Shown here piece after piece: positions 1-9,408 of a stretch of DNA of 64,000 nucleotides. The first letter of the stretch is position 1. Each line of letters opens with the position of its first letter. The notes beneath the pieces are model-generated. The model was given only the letters and a program-made list of their open reading frames with translations, was not told the origin of the DNA and did no database searches. The position numbers and the translations under genes were made by a program. Origin of the DNA: Rhodoferax sp. (GTDB taxonomy: Bacteria; Pseudomonadota; Gammaproteobacteria; Burkholderiales; Burkholderiaceae_C); NCBI GenBank assembly GCA_011391545.1, contig JAABQI010000112.1, positions 357 through 64,356 of the forward strand, written 5' to 3'.

Positions 1-941
1 CGTTGGATCGCCTGCACCTTGTCCTGCGACAACGCCTCGCCGCTGCGACCGTCACGCGTCTTGAGGTCGACAATGTCGAACTCAAGCGGACAGCCTTCTT
101 TGGTCTTTGTGTTGGAAGGCAAGTTGATTCGCCGGCTGTTGTCCACATCGAACTTATGGCGGACGCCAGGCAGCACAACAAATTCTGTGGGCGTGCCTGC
201 CGCGGCGATGCGCTGAGCGTAACGCTGGCAATCGCTGAGATAGGCATAGTCGTCCGCGTCGCCATGCACGAAGAGCATCGGTTCGGGGCTGAACACACCG
301 GGCTTGGGTGTCACAGACAAAGAGCCGGCACAACCGCCGCTGTACATAGCGATATGCGCAGAAAAGCGCAAGCCAGCGGGGGCTGCGCCATCAATGATGC
401 GCTCGACCCCGCTGCGAACAGCCGTGATGCCCCCGCGTGAGAATCCCATGACGGCGATGCGCTTGGGGTCGATGCGTGGATGGCTGGCCAGCATGCCCAG
501 AGCGGCGAAGGCGTCGGCAGTGTCCGCTGCAAACGGCACCTGGCTCTGGTCTTCGCCGGTGGATTTGATGCCGCGTGGACCGAAGACATCGATCACGAAA
601 GCCGCAATGCCCTGTTCATTCAACAGCTTGGCCCAGAAGCTGATCTGCTCCGGATAAATTCCCCCGGAGCCATGCACCAGCACCACGGCTGGCAGCTTGG
701 CATCGTTGGGAGCGTTCGCCGGCAAGACCAGCTCGCCTTGCGCGGTGGCGGCAGGTCGTGGCCGAGTCCGCTGGATCAGTTCCATAACCGTTCCAGGTGA
801 GCTCGACGCATAGCTGTAGACACCGTTGCCCGGGCCGCTGCTGAAATCAGTCATGGGCGTCACGGTTTGGGCGAGGGCTGAAGTGCCAAGACAAAGGGCG
901 GAAATACCAATGATCAATTGGCGAAACATGTGATTGCCCAT
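1..941 (-). CDS. Secreted alpha/beta hydrolase, dienelactone-hydrolase-like family; 3' end runs off the window
   Basis: Manual translation (absent from ORF track): MGNHMFRQLIIGISALCLGTSALAQ signal peptide, PAVVLVHGSGG, RIAVMGFSRGG nucleophile elbow, HGDADD, VRHKFD; GGAG RBS upstream of ATG 941. Confidence 0.85.
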   Translation of the reverse strand, partial: MGNHMFRQLIIGISALCLGTSALAQTVTPMTDFSSGPGNGVYSYASSSPGTVMELIQRTRPRPAATAQGELVLPANAPNDAKLPAVVLVHGSGGIYPEQISFWAKLLNEQGIAAFVIDVFGPRGIKSTGEDQSQVPFAADTADAFAALGMLASHPRIDPKRIAVMGFSRGGITAVRSGVERIIDGAAPAGLRFSAHIAMYSGGCAGSLSVTPKPGVFSPEPMLFVHGDADDYAYLSDCQRYAQRIAAAGTPTEFVVLPGVRHKFDVDNSRRINLPSNTKTKEGCPLEFDIVDLKTRDGRSGEALSQDKVQAIQ

Positions 942-1050
942 GGCTTGGTCTCCCGAGGAAGCAACAGCAAAATTGCTGCGCACACATTGTGCTCGCGGTA
1001 GGCGCACAAATCCATGTTGTTGCTTGCGACGCCTCATCAATCCACGACAT

Positions 1051-1509
1051 CTAGTACAAAGACACGTAAGTAACGAAACATGAATATACTCTGCATGTCG
1101 CCTACCGGCATACCTTGGAGTAGTCATGCGTCAGACAGAACTGAACTTGAGCGAGGAGGATCGCTCGACCATCGAAGCAATTCGCAGCAAGGGGATGCAT
1201 CAGGCACGCGAGGTCAATCGTGCACATGTACTCTCCTGTCTGGATCGCGATATTCCAGAGTCGCAGATCATGGAGGTCCTTGGCATCGGCCGCACGGCTG
1301 TGTGGCGCGCTCGCGCCGCATACCTGCAAGGCGGGGTGGAGTTGGCAGTGTTCGATGTGCAACGCTCAGGACGCCCACGCCAGTACGACACCAACGCCGA
1401 GGCCCATGTGATTGCGTTGGCCTGTTCAACCCCACCCAAGGGACGCCAGCGCTGGACCATGGTCGAACTCGAACGAGCCGCTCGTCAGGAATCTGGCATG
1501 CAACCCTAA
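1051..1509 (+). mobile_element. IS630-family insertion sequence remnant (putative left end plus truncated transposase)
   Basis: CTAGTAC at 1051 resembles an IS630-type end/target; followed by transposase N-terminus; no DDE domain or right end seen. Confidence 0.65.
1126..1509 (+). pseudogene. Truncated IS630-family transposase (HTH region only)
   Basis: RAHVL..D..RSGRP..IALACSTPPKGRQRWT is typical of the IS630 N-terminus; ends after 127 aa with no catalytic domain in downstream frames. Confidence 0.8.
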
Positions 1510-1800
1510 AAACTTGTCGCGGTACGAGTCGACGAGGTATTCAGGCTTTCTTGATCAGAAGCTCGTAGGTGACTTTGTGATGCGAGTTCTTCATGGGTAT
1601 TTAAAAACCCAATGCTGGCATGGCTTTGGATCATTTTCTGATGACCGTTTTGGACCCAATGTCGCGCAAGCGCAACGGCTTGATCCTGGCTTCTTTTTCT
1701 CCAAGCCGACCCGCCCGTCCAAAATGGCGGCAGGGAACAAGCTTGGCGACGTCCCTGTGCATACAACAACGCACGCAGATGCAATCAATTGAAACAATGT

Positions 1801-1858
1801 GAACAAAGGGCCCGCCGAACCCCCGAACATGTGTACGTTCGGAATGCTCGACGGCGCC
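1801..1858 (-). terminator. Possible intrinsic terminator after the DUF1302 gene
   Basis: Imperfect hairpin with CCGAAC/GTTCGG core followed by TTTGTT on the minus strand. Confidence 0.4.
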
Positions 1859-1867
1859 GCAGCCGCC

Positions 1868-3571
1868 TTAGAACGCGTACTTCATGACCAGGGACAACTG
1901 GTCACGGTCAGTTAACAGACGGCTCTCGCGCAAGTCCAGTGACGCGCTGCCCAGATAACCCAGATAGTTCAAGGTCACCGCAAAATTACCCCCCTTGGTG
2001 AAGGTGGTGCCCACACTGAAACGGGTATCTCCCTCGCCGCCAACACCCCCCAAGATGGTGCGGCCTTGCAACTGATGCGACACGCTGATCGGCACCGACA
2101 GGTCCCAACCCTCCACAATACCGGGATAACCCAGCACCACCTGTCCGGACAAGGCCACCGCTGTCTTGTCGCCGAAGCTCAGCTTGTCGCTGGCTTTGAA
2201 GCCAAATGCGGCCGGAAATGCCTCTGCACCTGGCGCCTTGCGCGCCTGCACATCGCTGACCTGAACCACCGCCACCTCACCCAGCAGCAGGACCGAGCCG
2301 GCCATCGGCGTGCGGCCCAGGTTGGCAAAAGCGTTCAGGTTGCCCTGAATAATATTGGCGCGGGTCGGTGTCGGCAACGTCGCGCCATTGGCGGGGTTCA
2401 CCACCGTGTCGACCAGTACCGGCGCGCCTTCCTTGTACGAGATTTCGCCGGCCACGGCCACCGAACCCAGCGTGGTGTTGAAGGAGGCACCCATCAGCTT
2501 GATGTCGTCGAAGTAGCGGATTTTGTAGCTGCCGTTGCCAATCTGCGTGATGCCGCCAAATGCCGGCTGCAATGCAGCAGGAATGGGCGTGCCCGGGGTG
2601 AAGGCATTGATCTCCGGAAGTGGCGTGCGGTCGTGATAGTTCATGAAATACACGCCCACCTCAGTGGCGTCAGTGACCCGGAATCGGCTACCCACGCCCC
2701 ATTGGCCCATGCCCCCGCCCGGCGTGATGTCCGCCCCGCGCAGGCCAAACGAGCAACCTGAGAAGCCGGTAAATAAGGTGGGAACCACCGGAATCTTCGT
2801 GTACGGACCCAGGCATGACCCGCCAGGACCCACACCATCCGAGGTGCTCAGGAACGAGCCCGGCGCGGCTGCCAACGTGGGATGCCAGTCGTACTGCGCA
2901 TGGGCCAGCAGGGTCAGGCGCGGGGTCACCTCCAGCGTGGCGGAGACTTGGTCTTCGGGCAGCAACTGGTCCTTGGTCTCGGTGCCGGGTATGCCGGTCT
3001 TGGTGCCATCAGCAGGGCCCTGGGCCAGCGAAATACCTGGGAAAAACAAGCCCTCGCCCCAGGAAACCACGTGGCGCCCGGCGCGCACAGTCATTCGGCC
3101 CAGGGTGCCGGCCTCGAAGGCGGTGTAGCCATAGGCGTCGAGCACCCGGGCGTAACCGCCGTGAAAGCGCTTGGCGTCTTCAGTGAACTCATTCACCGGG
3201 CCCGGCTTGTTGACCGGGCCGGTGTTGTCGTTGCTGCTATGGTATACGTCGTCATAGAAGATGCTGCCCGACAACACAAAGCCGTTGTCGCCCTTGGACA
3301 GCTTGGTATCGACCAGCGCGCCCAGGCGGTTGGAGGTCAGAGCGCCCTTCTTGAAGTTGTTATCACCGTCGTTGCCGCCGGCATTTTTGGCAAGCACCGG
3401 ATCAGGATCAGCCAGGCGAGTCGCCAGCGTGTATGTGGTGCTGACGCGCCAGTCCAGCGTCAGGCCGTTACCCAAGTCGACCGGCTCGCCGGCATGGGCA
3501 GCACCAGCCAGGCAAAGCATTGATGCGGCCAGGGCGATGGGCGAAATTTTCATGTAGCTAGTATTTTTCAT
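1868..3571 (-). CDS. DUF1302-family outer-membrane beta-barrel protein
   Basis: Signal peptide, NDGDNNF motif, LDAY, GRHVVSWGE, C-terminal DRD..S..MKYAF with terminal Phe; adjacent to DUF1329. Confidence 0.88.
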   Translation of the reverse strand: MKNTSYMKISPIALAASMLCLAGAAHAGEPVDLGNGLTLDWRVSTTYTLATRLADPDPVLAKNAGGNDGDNNFKKGALTSNRLGALVDTKLSKGDNGFVLSGSIFYDDVYHSSNDNTGPVNKPGPVNEFTEDAKRFHGGYARVLDAYGYTAFEAGTLGRMTVRAGRHVVSWGEGLFFPGISLAQGPADGTKTGIPGTETKDQLLPEDQVSATLEVTPRLTLLAHAQYDWHPTLAAAPGSFLSTSDGVGPGGSCLGPYTKIPVVPTLFTGFSGCSFGLRGADITPGGGMGQWGVGSRFRVTDATEVGVYFMNYHDRTPLPEINAFTPGTPIPAALQPAFGGITQIGNGSYKIRYFDDIKLMGASFNTTLGSVAVAGEISYKEGAPVLVDTVVNPANGATLPTPTRANIIQGNLNAFANLGRTPMAGSVLLLGEVAVVQVSDVQARKAPGAEAFPAAFGFKASDKLSFGDKTAVALSGQVVLGYPGIVEGWDLSVPISVSHQLQGRTILGGVGGEGDTRFSVGTTFTKGGNFAVTLNYLGYLGSASLDLRESRLLTDRDQLSLVMKYAF

Positions 3572-3597
3572 GGTGTGTTCTCTTCGTGGACACGTTG

Positions 3598-4977
3598 TCA
3601 GTTGCCGGCGCTGCGCGCGGCTTCGGGGGTGAACATTGAGGGAACCATATCGCCCTTGTTCAGCACAGGGCCAATCGGACGCTCCTGGAACAGGTTGTAG
3701 CCCACGTAGCCGCCTGAGTTCAGGTCAAAGTAAAAACTCGTGCCGGCCTGCCAGCCGTTCAAGTCGAAGGCGTAGTAGTGGTTGATGTAGGCGTATTGCC
3801 ACAATGAGCCACGCGCGTCGTAGAAATCAGACATCACGGCCTGGCCGTTGTCCTCGTCAAGAAACAGCACACGCTTGCCGTACAGGTGGCGGAAACCCTC
3901 CTTCAGCTTGCCCTCGACGACCCAGACGCGGCGCAATTCCCAGCGGATCAAGTCGGCATTGGGCGAACCCGGTTTGATCAGGTTGGCATACTTGACGCTC
4001 TTGTCGTGGACCTTGTAGGAGTTCGCGGGAATGTACATCTCACGCTTGCCCAGCAGCGACCAGGTGTAGCGCTCGGGGGAACCATTGAACAGGCGGTCAG
4101 AGTCAATCGTCATCTTGCCGCCGGTACCGCCCAGAGGCTGGTCAAAGCCGAACTCGGGCAACTGGCGCACGCGGCGCGTACCCGGGTCATAGGACCAGGC
4201 CAAACGCTTGCCCTCACCGAAATTCACCGGCTCGGAGGACACACTGACACCGCCCTTTTCACGCTCAGGCAACAAGGTCCGGGTGTTCGATTGCGACATC
4301 ACGCCTTCCAGCGGCTTACCGATTTCAGCGGGCAGGTTCACCGTGGCCAAGTTTCGGTTGTGCTGGCGACCCCAGGAGATGCTGCCGTCCGACAACACGT
4401 TGGCGATGTCACGCACGGTGTCCTCGTTGTAGGCGCGGAAGGGGAACATGTTGTTCATCAGGGCTTCTTGCCCGTTCTTCGGGATCGGGAACGGGATCGC
4501 GCCCTTCACCCCGCCCTTAACGCCCAGACCGCCGTCGGCGATCTCGGCTGTGAGCGCGTTCTTCTTGGCCATTTCGCAGACCGAATCCGGGTAGCGGAAA
4601 TCACGGTGGCCCGGATAGACGTCCATGCGGTAAGTCTTTGGGAACTTGGCGAACATGGCCTTTTGGCCATCGGACAGCTTGGCCGCGTACTGCGCCAGGT
4701 TCTCGGCGGTGATCGAAAACACCGGCTTTTCGTTGGCATAGGGGTCCACCGGGTGCTGGCCGGTATGCGGCTTGTACTGGATGCCGGGGGGCGTACCCAG
4801 CCATTTACCGGTGTACTCCGGAACACCGTCCTTGGAACCGGCCTTCTCGGCGCCGATGCAGGTCAATTCCTTGCCGAGCTTGTCTGCCTCGGCGGCTGGC
4901 ACCTTGGCCATTGCCGTGCCGCTCAGCATCAGACTCATGGCCAAAACAATGGGTACGTGGGTCATGGATGTCTTCAT
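3598..4977 (-). CDS. DUF1329-family periplasmic protein (LolA-like sorting/carrier fold)
   Basis: Signal peptide; LTCIGAEKAG, AWSYDPGTRRVRQLP, RWELRRVWVVEG, YDARGSLW motifs. Confidence 0.88.
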   Translation of the reverse strand: MKTSMTHVPIVLAMSLMLSGTAMAKVPAAEADKLGKELTCIGAEKAGSKDGVPEYTGKWLGTPPGIQYKPHTGQHPVDPYANEKPVFSITAENLAQYAAKLSDGQKAMFAKFPKTYRMDVYPGHRDFRYPDSVCEMAKKNALTAEIADGGLGVKGGVKGAIPFPIPKNGQEALMNNMFPFRAYNEDTVRDIANVLSDGSISWGRQHNRNLATVNLPAEIGKPLEGVMSQSNTRTLLPEREKGGVSVSSEPVNFGEGKRLAWSYDPGTRRVRQLPEFGFDQPLGGTGGKMTIDSDRLFNGSPERYTWSLLGKREMYIPANSYKVHDKSVKYANLIKPGSPNADLIRWELRRVWVVEGKLKEGFRHLYGKRVLFLDEDNGQAVMSDFYDARGSLWQYAYINHYYAFDLNGWQAGTSFYFDLNSGGYVGYNLFQERPIGPVLNKGDMVPSMFTPEAARSAGN

Positions 4978-5119
4978 TTTCAAAGTCTCCTCTATCAGGG
5001 TTTAGCTAAAACAAAAGTTGCCACGGACTGCGGCGACAAAGAACAAATGCATCTCTCTCGAACAACGACGGCAATTTGACTCTCCGGTGCAGATTATTTT
5101 TCGAAATGTCAATCGCTCC

Positions 5120-5137
5120 ATCGTCAAATTAGACTAG
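5120..5137 (-). promoter_or_regulatory. Putative LuxR/TesR box upstream of DUF1329-DUF1302
   Basis: ATCGTCAAATTAGACTAG; 21 nt to AATAAT -10-like hexamer on minus strand. Confidence 0.7.
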
Positions 5138-5287
5138 GTTGAGACCCTAGTACGAACCGCACCAGAGCGCTTTCTGAAACGCGCGAGCTTGCCCGGGAAG
5201 GCGCCCGCACCAGTTGAAGCCGCTGAAATGGAGCCCAAGCAGGTGGCGAAGGCGACCAGTTGCCGGGCAGGGAATGCAGCGCAGTTC

Positions 5288-7003
5288 TCAGTCCTGCGCG
5301 TATTCGCGCTTGAGCGTGGTCTTGAGCATTTTTCCGGCCGGATTACGCGGCAGGCTTTCACTGCGCACAAACACCCGCAGCGGCACCTTGTAGGCGGCTA
5401 GCCGCCCTGCCACATGCGACTGGACCTGCGCGGCCGTCAGCAACGCGCCGGGCGCAAGCACCACCACGGCCACCACGGCTTCGCCGGTCTGCTCGTCGGG
5501 CTGGCCAAACACCGCGGCCTCGACCAGCGCCGGATGCTGCAACAGGCAGGACTCGACCTCGGCTGCGGCAATTTTTTCTCCAGCGCGGTTGATCACGTCC
5601 TTGATGCGGTCGACCACGCGGAGCAGGCCGTCGTCGTCAAGAAGACCGATGTCGCCGGTGCGAAACCAGCCCCCGCTCAGCGCCCGGGCGCTGGCTTCAG
5701 GCTGGCCCACATAGCCCTGCATCAGGCTGACCCCGCGCAGCCACAGCTCGCCCGCCTGGCCCGGCGCCAGGTCGACACCGTCGACGTCGACCACGCGCAG
5801 TTCAATGATGGGCGACAACGGCCCGGACATCTGCGGCCGCAGCTGGAACAGCCGACCCGACGCAGCGGCGCCGACACCATTGGTTTCGGTCAGGCCAAAA
5901 CCAACGCCTGACATCGACTCTCCGCGCCGCGCCAGCACATCGTCGATGAGGCGCTGGGGCAGGCCCGCGCCACCAAAGCCGACGCCGCCCAGGCTGCCGG
6001 TCACGGCAGGGTCGTCAAAACCGGGTTCGGCCAGCAACTGCATCACCATTGACGGCGCGCCGTTGAACTGGGTGATTTTTTCGGCCTGAATCAATTGCAG
6101 CGCTTGCGCCGGATTCCAGCGGCGCATGAACACCAGCCGACGGCCATGGCGCAGCGACGCCAGCAGTTGGGCATGCAGACCGCTGACATGGAACAGGGGT
6201 ACCGCTGTCAGCGTGGTCGGCTGCAGGGCGCGCGCCATGATGGTCGCCACCAGGTCAGGCGAGGTCATCGCCGAGATGGCGCCGATGTAGTCAATGTTGT
6301 AAAGCGCCTGGCAGACCGCCTGCTGCGTCGACAGCGCACCTTTGGCCTGGCTGCTGGCGCCTGATGTGAACAGGATCAGGCCCGCATCTTCGGGCGCCAA
6401 CACGGGGGACTGGAGCGCTGGCGCGCCAGGCGCAATGAGTTCTGGCCAGGCGGCGTCACCCTCGCCCGGCGCGCCCTCGACCACCACGGCGCGACAGCCC
6501 AGACCAGCCAGGTCGGCGCCAACATGGGCAAAGCGCTCGGCATCGCAGATCAGCCAGCGTGGCTGCAGGTCGCGCAAATTGGCCAGCAACTCTTCGCGCA
6601 GCCCAAAGCTGTTGAGCGGCGCGGGCACAGCGCCCAGCAGCACCACGGCAGCAAATGCGACAGCCCATTCAGGCCGGTTACGCATCGCAATTGCCACGCA
6701 GTCACCAGCACGCAAACCATGCTCGGCCTGCAGCCGCCCGGCCAGCGCGTCGACGGCGCTGAAAAAGCGCTCGAAGGTCCAGCGATCACCCTCGTAGACC
6801 ATGAACTCGCGATCAGCATGAGCGCGGCCGGCGTTGATCAGCGCGGGCAGGTTAGGGAAGGCATGGCGGTAGGCCGGCAGGGGCTGGCCGTTGACCAGCA
6901 CCGTGTGGCGCTCAAAGGGAGCGCCCGGCGCGGTGAGCTGCTCGCGGCAGCGGGCGACCTGAACCAGCAGGTCCACAGGAGAAGCGGCGGAAGAAGAACT
7001 CAT
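5288..7003 (-). CDS. Class I adenylate-forming acyl-CoA ligase (probable steroid side-chain CoA ligase)
   Basis: FTSG P-loop, GFGLTET, GWFRTGD, DRIKDVINRAGEKI, PRNPAGK. Confidence 0.85.
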   Translation of the reverse strand: MSSSSAASPVDLLVQVARCREQLTAPGAPFERHTVLVNGQPLPAYRHAFPNLPALINAGRAHADREFMVYEGDRWTFERFFSAVDALAGRLQAEHGLRAGDCVAIAMRNRPEWAVAFAAVVLLGAVPAPLNSFGLREELLANLRDLQPRWLICDAERFAHVGADLAGLGCRAVVVEGAPGEGDAAWPELIAPGAPALQSPVLAPEDAGLILFTSGASSQAKGALSTQQAVCQALYNIDYIGAISAMTSPDLVATIMARALQPTTLTAVPLFHVSGLHAQLLASLRHGRRLVFMRRWNPAQALQLIQAEKITQFNGAPSMVMQLLAEPGFDDPAVTGSLGGVGFGGAGLPQRLIDDVLARRGESMSGVGFGLTETNGVGAAASGRLFQLRPQMSGPLSPIIELRVVDVDGVDLAPGQAGELWLRGVSLMQGYVGQPEASARALSGGWFRTGDIGLLDDDGLLRVVDRIKDVINRAGEKIAAAEVESCLLQHPALVEAAVFGQPDEQTGEAVVAVVVLAPGALLTAAQVQSHVAGRLAAYKVPLRVFVRSESLPRNPAGKMLKTTLKREYAQD

Positions 7004-7008
7004 GGTGT

Positions 7009-8148
7009 TCAGAAACCTTTCAGGCAGGCATAACGATTGCGATGGAAGACGCCATCACCCAGACAGTGTTGCAGCACGCGGGCGCGCTTGACGATCAGGC
7101 CCAAATCGAACTCGTCGGTCACGCCAATGCCCCCGTGCAGCTGAATGGCTTCGTTCATGAGCTTTTCGCACAGGTCGGAGGCGCGCCCCTTGGCCAGGCT
7201 GGCCAGCAGCGCAAGCTCGGGGTCGCCGGCGTCAATGGCAGCCAGCGCGGCGCGAACGCAGCTCTGGAGCATTTCCAGCTCGGTATAGAGGCGGGCCATG
7301 CGGTGCTGCAGGGCCTGGAAAGAGCCAATGGGCACGTCGAACTGCACCCGCTCTTTCAGATAGGACGTGGTGCGCTCGAAGGCATCGCGTGCCAGACCCA
7401 GGCCCTCGGCCGCCAGACAAACGCGGGCGCGGTCCAGCGCGGCGTCGAGCGCCTGCGCGGCGTCGCTGGCGCACTCAAGCCGCATGTCGGCAGCGACCTG
7501 CACGCCCGACAGCGTCAGGCGGGCGTGGTTGCGGCTGTCGACCAACCGGGTCGGTTGCAGACTGACGCCGGCCAGTGTGCTGTCGACCATGAACAGGCCC
7601 AAGCCCTCGTCGGTGTCCTGCGCCCCGACCACGCGCGCCACGACGATCAGCCAGGCGGAGCCAATGCCGTCGATGACAAACCATTTCTCGCCATCGAGCA
7701 CCCAGCCTGCGCCATCGCGCCGGGCACGGGTGCTGATGGCCTTGGGATCATGGCGGCCCTGCTCATCGATGGCCAGCGCCAGCAACTGCTGGCCGTCCAT
7801 CAGGCCGGGCAGCCAGCGCTGGCGCTGGGCCGCGCTGCCGGCTGCCAGCAGCAGCTCGCCGCACAGGACCACCGAGGACAGCAGGGGCAGGGCCGCCACG
7901 CTGCGCCCCATGGCCTCGAACACCGCGCCCAGGCCCTGGTAGCCCACCGCGAGCCCGCCTTCGGACTCAGGAAAAACGGCCGCCGGCCAACCAAGTTCGA
8001 CCACCTGCTGCCACAGCGCCAGCTCGTAGCCCAGCTCGGCGCGCGAGTCGCGCAGGCGGCGCTGCAGGCTCAGTGGCGACTGCGCGCTCAAAAATTCGCG
8101 GGCGCTGTCACTCAGCTGCCGTTGTTCGTCATTCAGCAAAAAACTCAT
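7009..8148 (-). CDS. Acyl-CoA dehydrogenase, small subunit of a heteromeric steroid ACAD
   Basis: RVQFDVPIGSFQALQH, QLHGGIGVT; paired with 8196-9383; start set at MSFLLN. Confidence 0.88.
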   Translation of the reverse strand: MSFLLNDEQRQLSDSAREFLSAQSPLSLQRRLRDSRAELGYELALWQQVVELGWPAAVFPESEGGLAVGYQGLGAVFEAMGRSVAALPLLSSVVLCGELLLAAGSAAQRQRWLPGLMDGQQLLALAIDEQGRHDPKAISTRARRDGAGWVLDGEKWFVIDGIGSAWLIVVARVVGAQDTDEGLGLFMVDSTLAGVSLQPTRLVDSRNHARLTLSGVQVAADMRLECASDAAQALDAALDRARVCLAAEGLGLARDAFERTTSYLKERVQFDVPIGSFQALQHRMARLYTELEMLQSCVRAALAAIDAGDPELALLASLAKGRASDLCEKLMNEAIQLHGGIGVTDEFDLGLIVKRARVLQHCLGDGVFHRNRYACLKGF

Positions 8149-8195
8149 GCCTGCGTCTCCGGTTTCTTTGTCGTGTGAATCATTGTTTTCATGGT

Positions 8196-9383
8196 TCAGC
8201 CCGGCAGGCCGAGCACGCGCTTGGCAATGATGTTGAGCTGTATCTCGCTGCTGCCGCCGGAAATGACGTAGGTCTTGGAGAGCAGCCAAAGGCGGCAGAT
8301 ATCGTGCTCGTCGGCGCTGAACTCGTCGCCCTCCCAGCTCAGGCCGCGCTGGCCCATCAGCTGCATCAGCAATTCATACTTGGCCACTTCCTGCTCGGTC
8401 TGCACCAGCTTCATGATGGCGGACGGCCCACTGATGTCGAGGCGCGCCATGCCCTCTTCCTTGACGCGCTGGTGCGTGAGCGAAAAGGCGTGCGAGTCCA
8501 TCAGCAGCGCGGCCAGGCGGTCGCGCCAGACCGGCTCGCGCAGGCCCCCATCAGCATCAAAGAGATAACGCCTGGCCACGGCCAGCGCGTCGTGCGATGG
8601 CGCGGCGCCTTCGCTGAACTTGGACATCGCGGCGCGCTCATGCTGCAGCAGCTTCTTGGCCACCGTCCAGCCGCCGTTGAGCGGGCCAACCAGCTGGCGT
8701 GCGGGCACCCGCACATCGTCAAAAAATACCTCGCAAAAACTTGACTTGCCGCTGATCAGCTCAATCGGCTTGACGGTGACCCCCGGGCTCTTCATGTCGA
8801 TCAGCAGGAAGCTGATGCCCTCCTGCTTGCGCACGCTGGCATCGGTGCGCACCAGGGCGTACATCCAGTCGGCGGCGTCGCCATAGGAGGTCCAGATTTT
8901 CGAACCGTTGACGATGAACTCGCCGTTGGCATCGACGCGCGCTGCAGTCTTCAGGCTGGCCAGGTCGGAGCCGGCATTGGGCTCGCTGAAGCCCTGGCAC
9001 CAGCGCGCCCGGCCCTGCATCATGAGCGGCAAATGCTCGCGTTTTTGCGCCTCGGTGCCGATTTCCAGCAGCACCGGTCCGAGCATCCAGACACCCAGAT
9101 TGAACTGCGGCTGGCGGCATCCCAGGCGCAGCATCTCCTCCTCGACGATGCGCGCCTGCTTCGGGCTCAGCCCGCCGCCGCCAAACTCGGCCGGCCAGCC
9201 CGGCGCGAACCAGCCGCGCTCGCGCATGCGCTCGAACCAGAGCCGCTGATCTTCGTTGCCGAACTTGAGCTGGGAGCCGCCCCACACGATCTGCTCCTGG
9301 GTGATCGGCTGGCGCATGGCCGCCGGGCAGTTGGCTTCAAGCCAGGTCCGGGTCTCGGTGCGGAAATTTTCGGTGTCTTGCAT
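8196..9383 (-). CDS. Acyl-CoA dehydrogenase, catalytic subunit (probable C5 side-chain Scd1-type)
   Basis: WCQGFSEPNAGSDLASL, GSKIWTS, GGSSEIQLNII. Confidence 0.9.
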   Translation of the reverse strand: MQDTENFRTETRTWLEANCPAAMRQPITQEQIVWGGSQLKFGNEDQRLWFERMRERGWFAPGWPAEFGGGGLSPKQARIVEEEMLRLGCRQPQFNLGVWMLGPVLLEIGTEAQKREHLPLMMQGRARWCQGFSEPNAGSDLASLKTAARVDANGEFIVNGSKIWTSYGDAADWMYALVRTDASVRKQEGISFLLIDMKSPGVTVKPIELISGKSSFCEVFFDDVRVPARQLVGPLNGGWTVAKKLLQHERAAMSKFSEGAAPSHDALAVARRYLFDADGGLREPVWRDRLAALLMDSHAFSLTHQRVKEEGMARLDISGPSAIMKLVQTEQEVAKYELLMQLMGQRGLSWEGDEFSADEHDICRLWLLSKTYVISGGSSEIQLNIIAKRVLGLPG

Positions 9384-9408
9384 ATCTGTTTTCTTGCAGG
9401 CTTAAGTT

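Noticed and set aside
3-800. Plus-strand ORFs 3-440, 304-657 and 480-800
   Set aside because: Antisense shadows of the real minus-strand hydrolase
1638-1660. GACC-GTTTT-GGAC resembling the box
   Set aside because: Wrong spacing, poor flanks and no downstream gene
5147-5160. CTAGTAC matching the putative IS630 end at 1051
   Set aside because: Only a 7-nt match in direct orientation, with no further similarity
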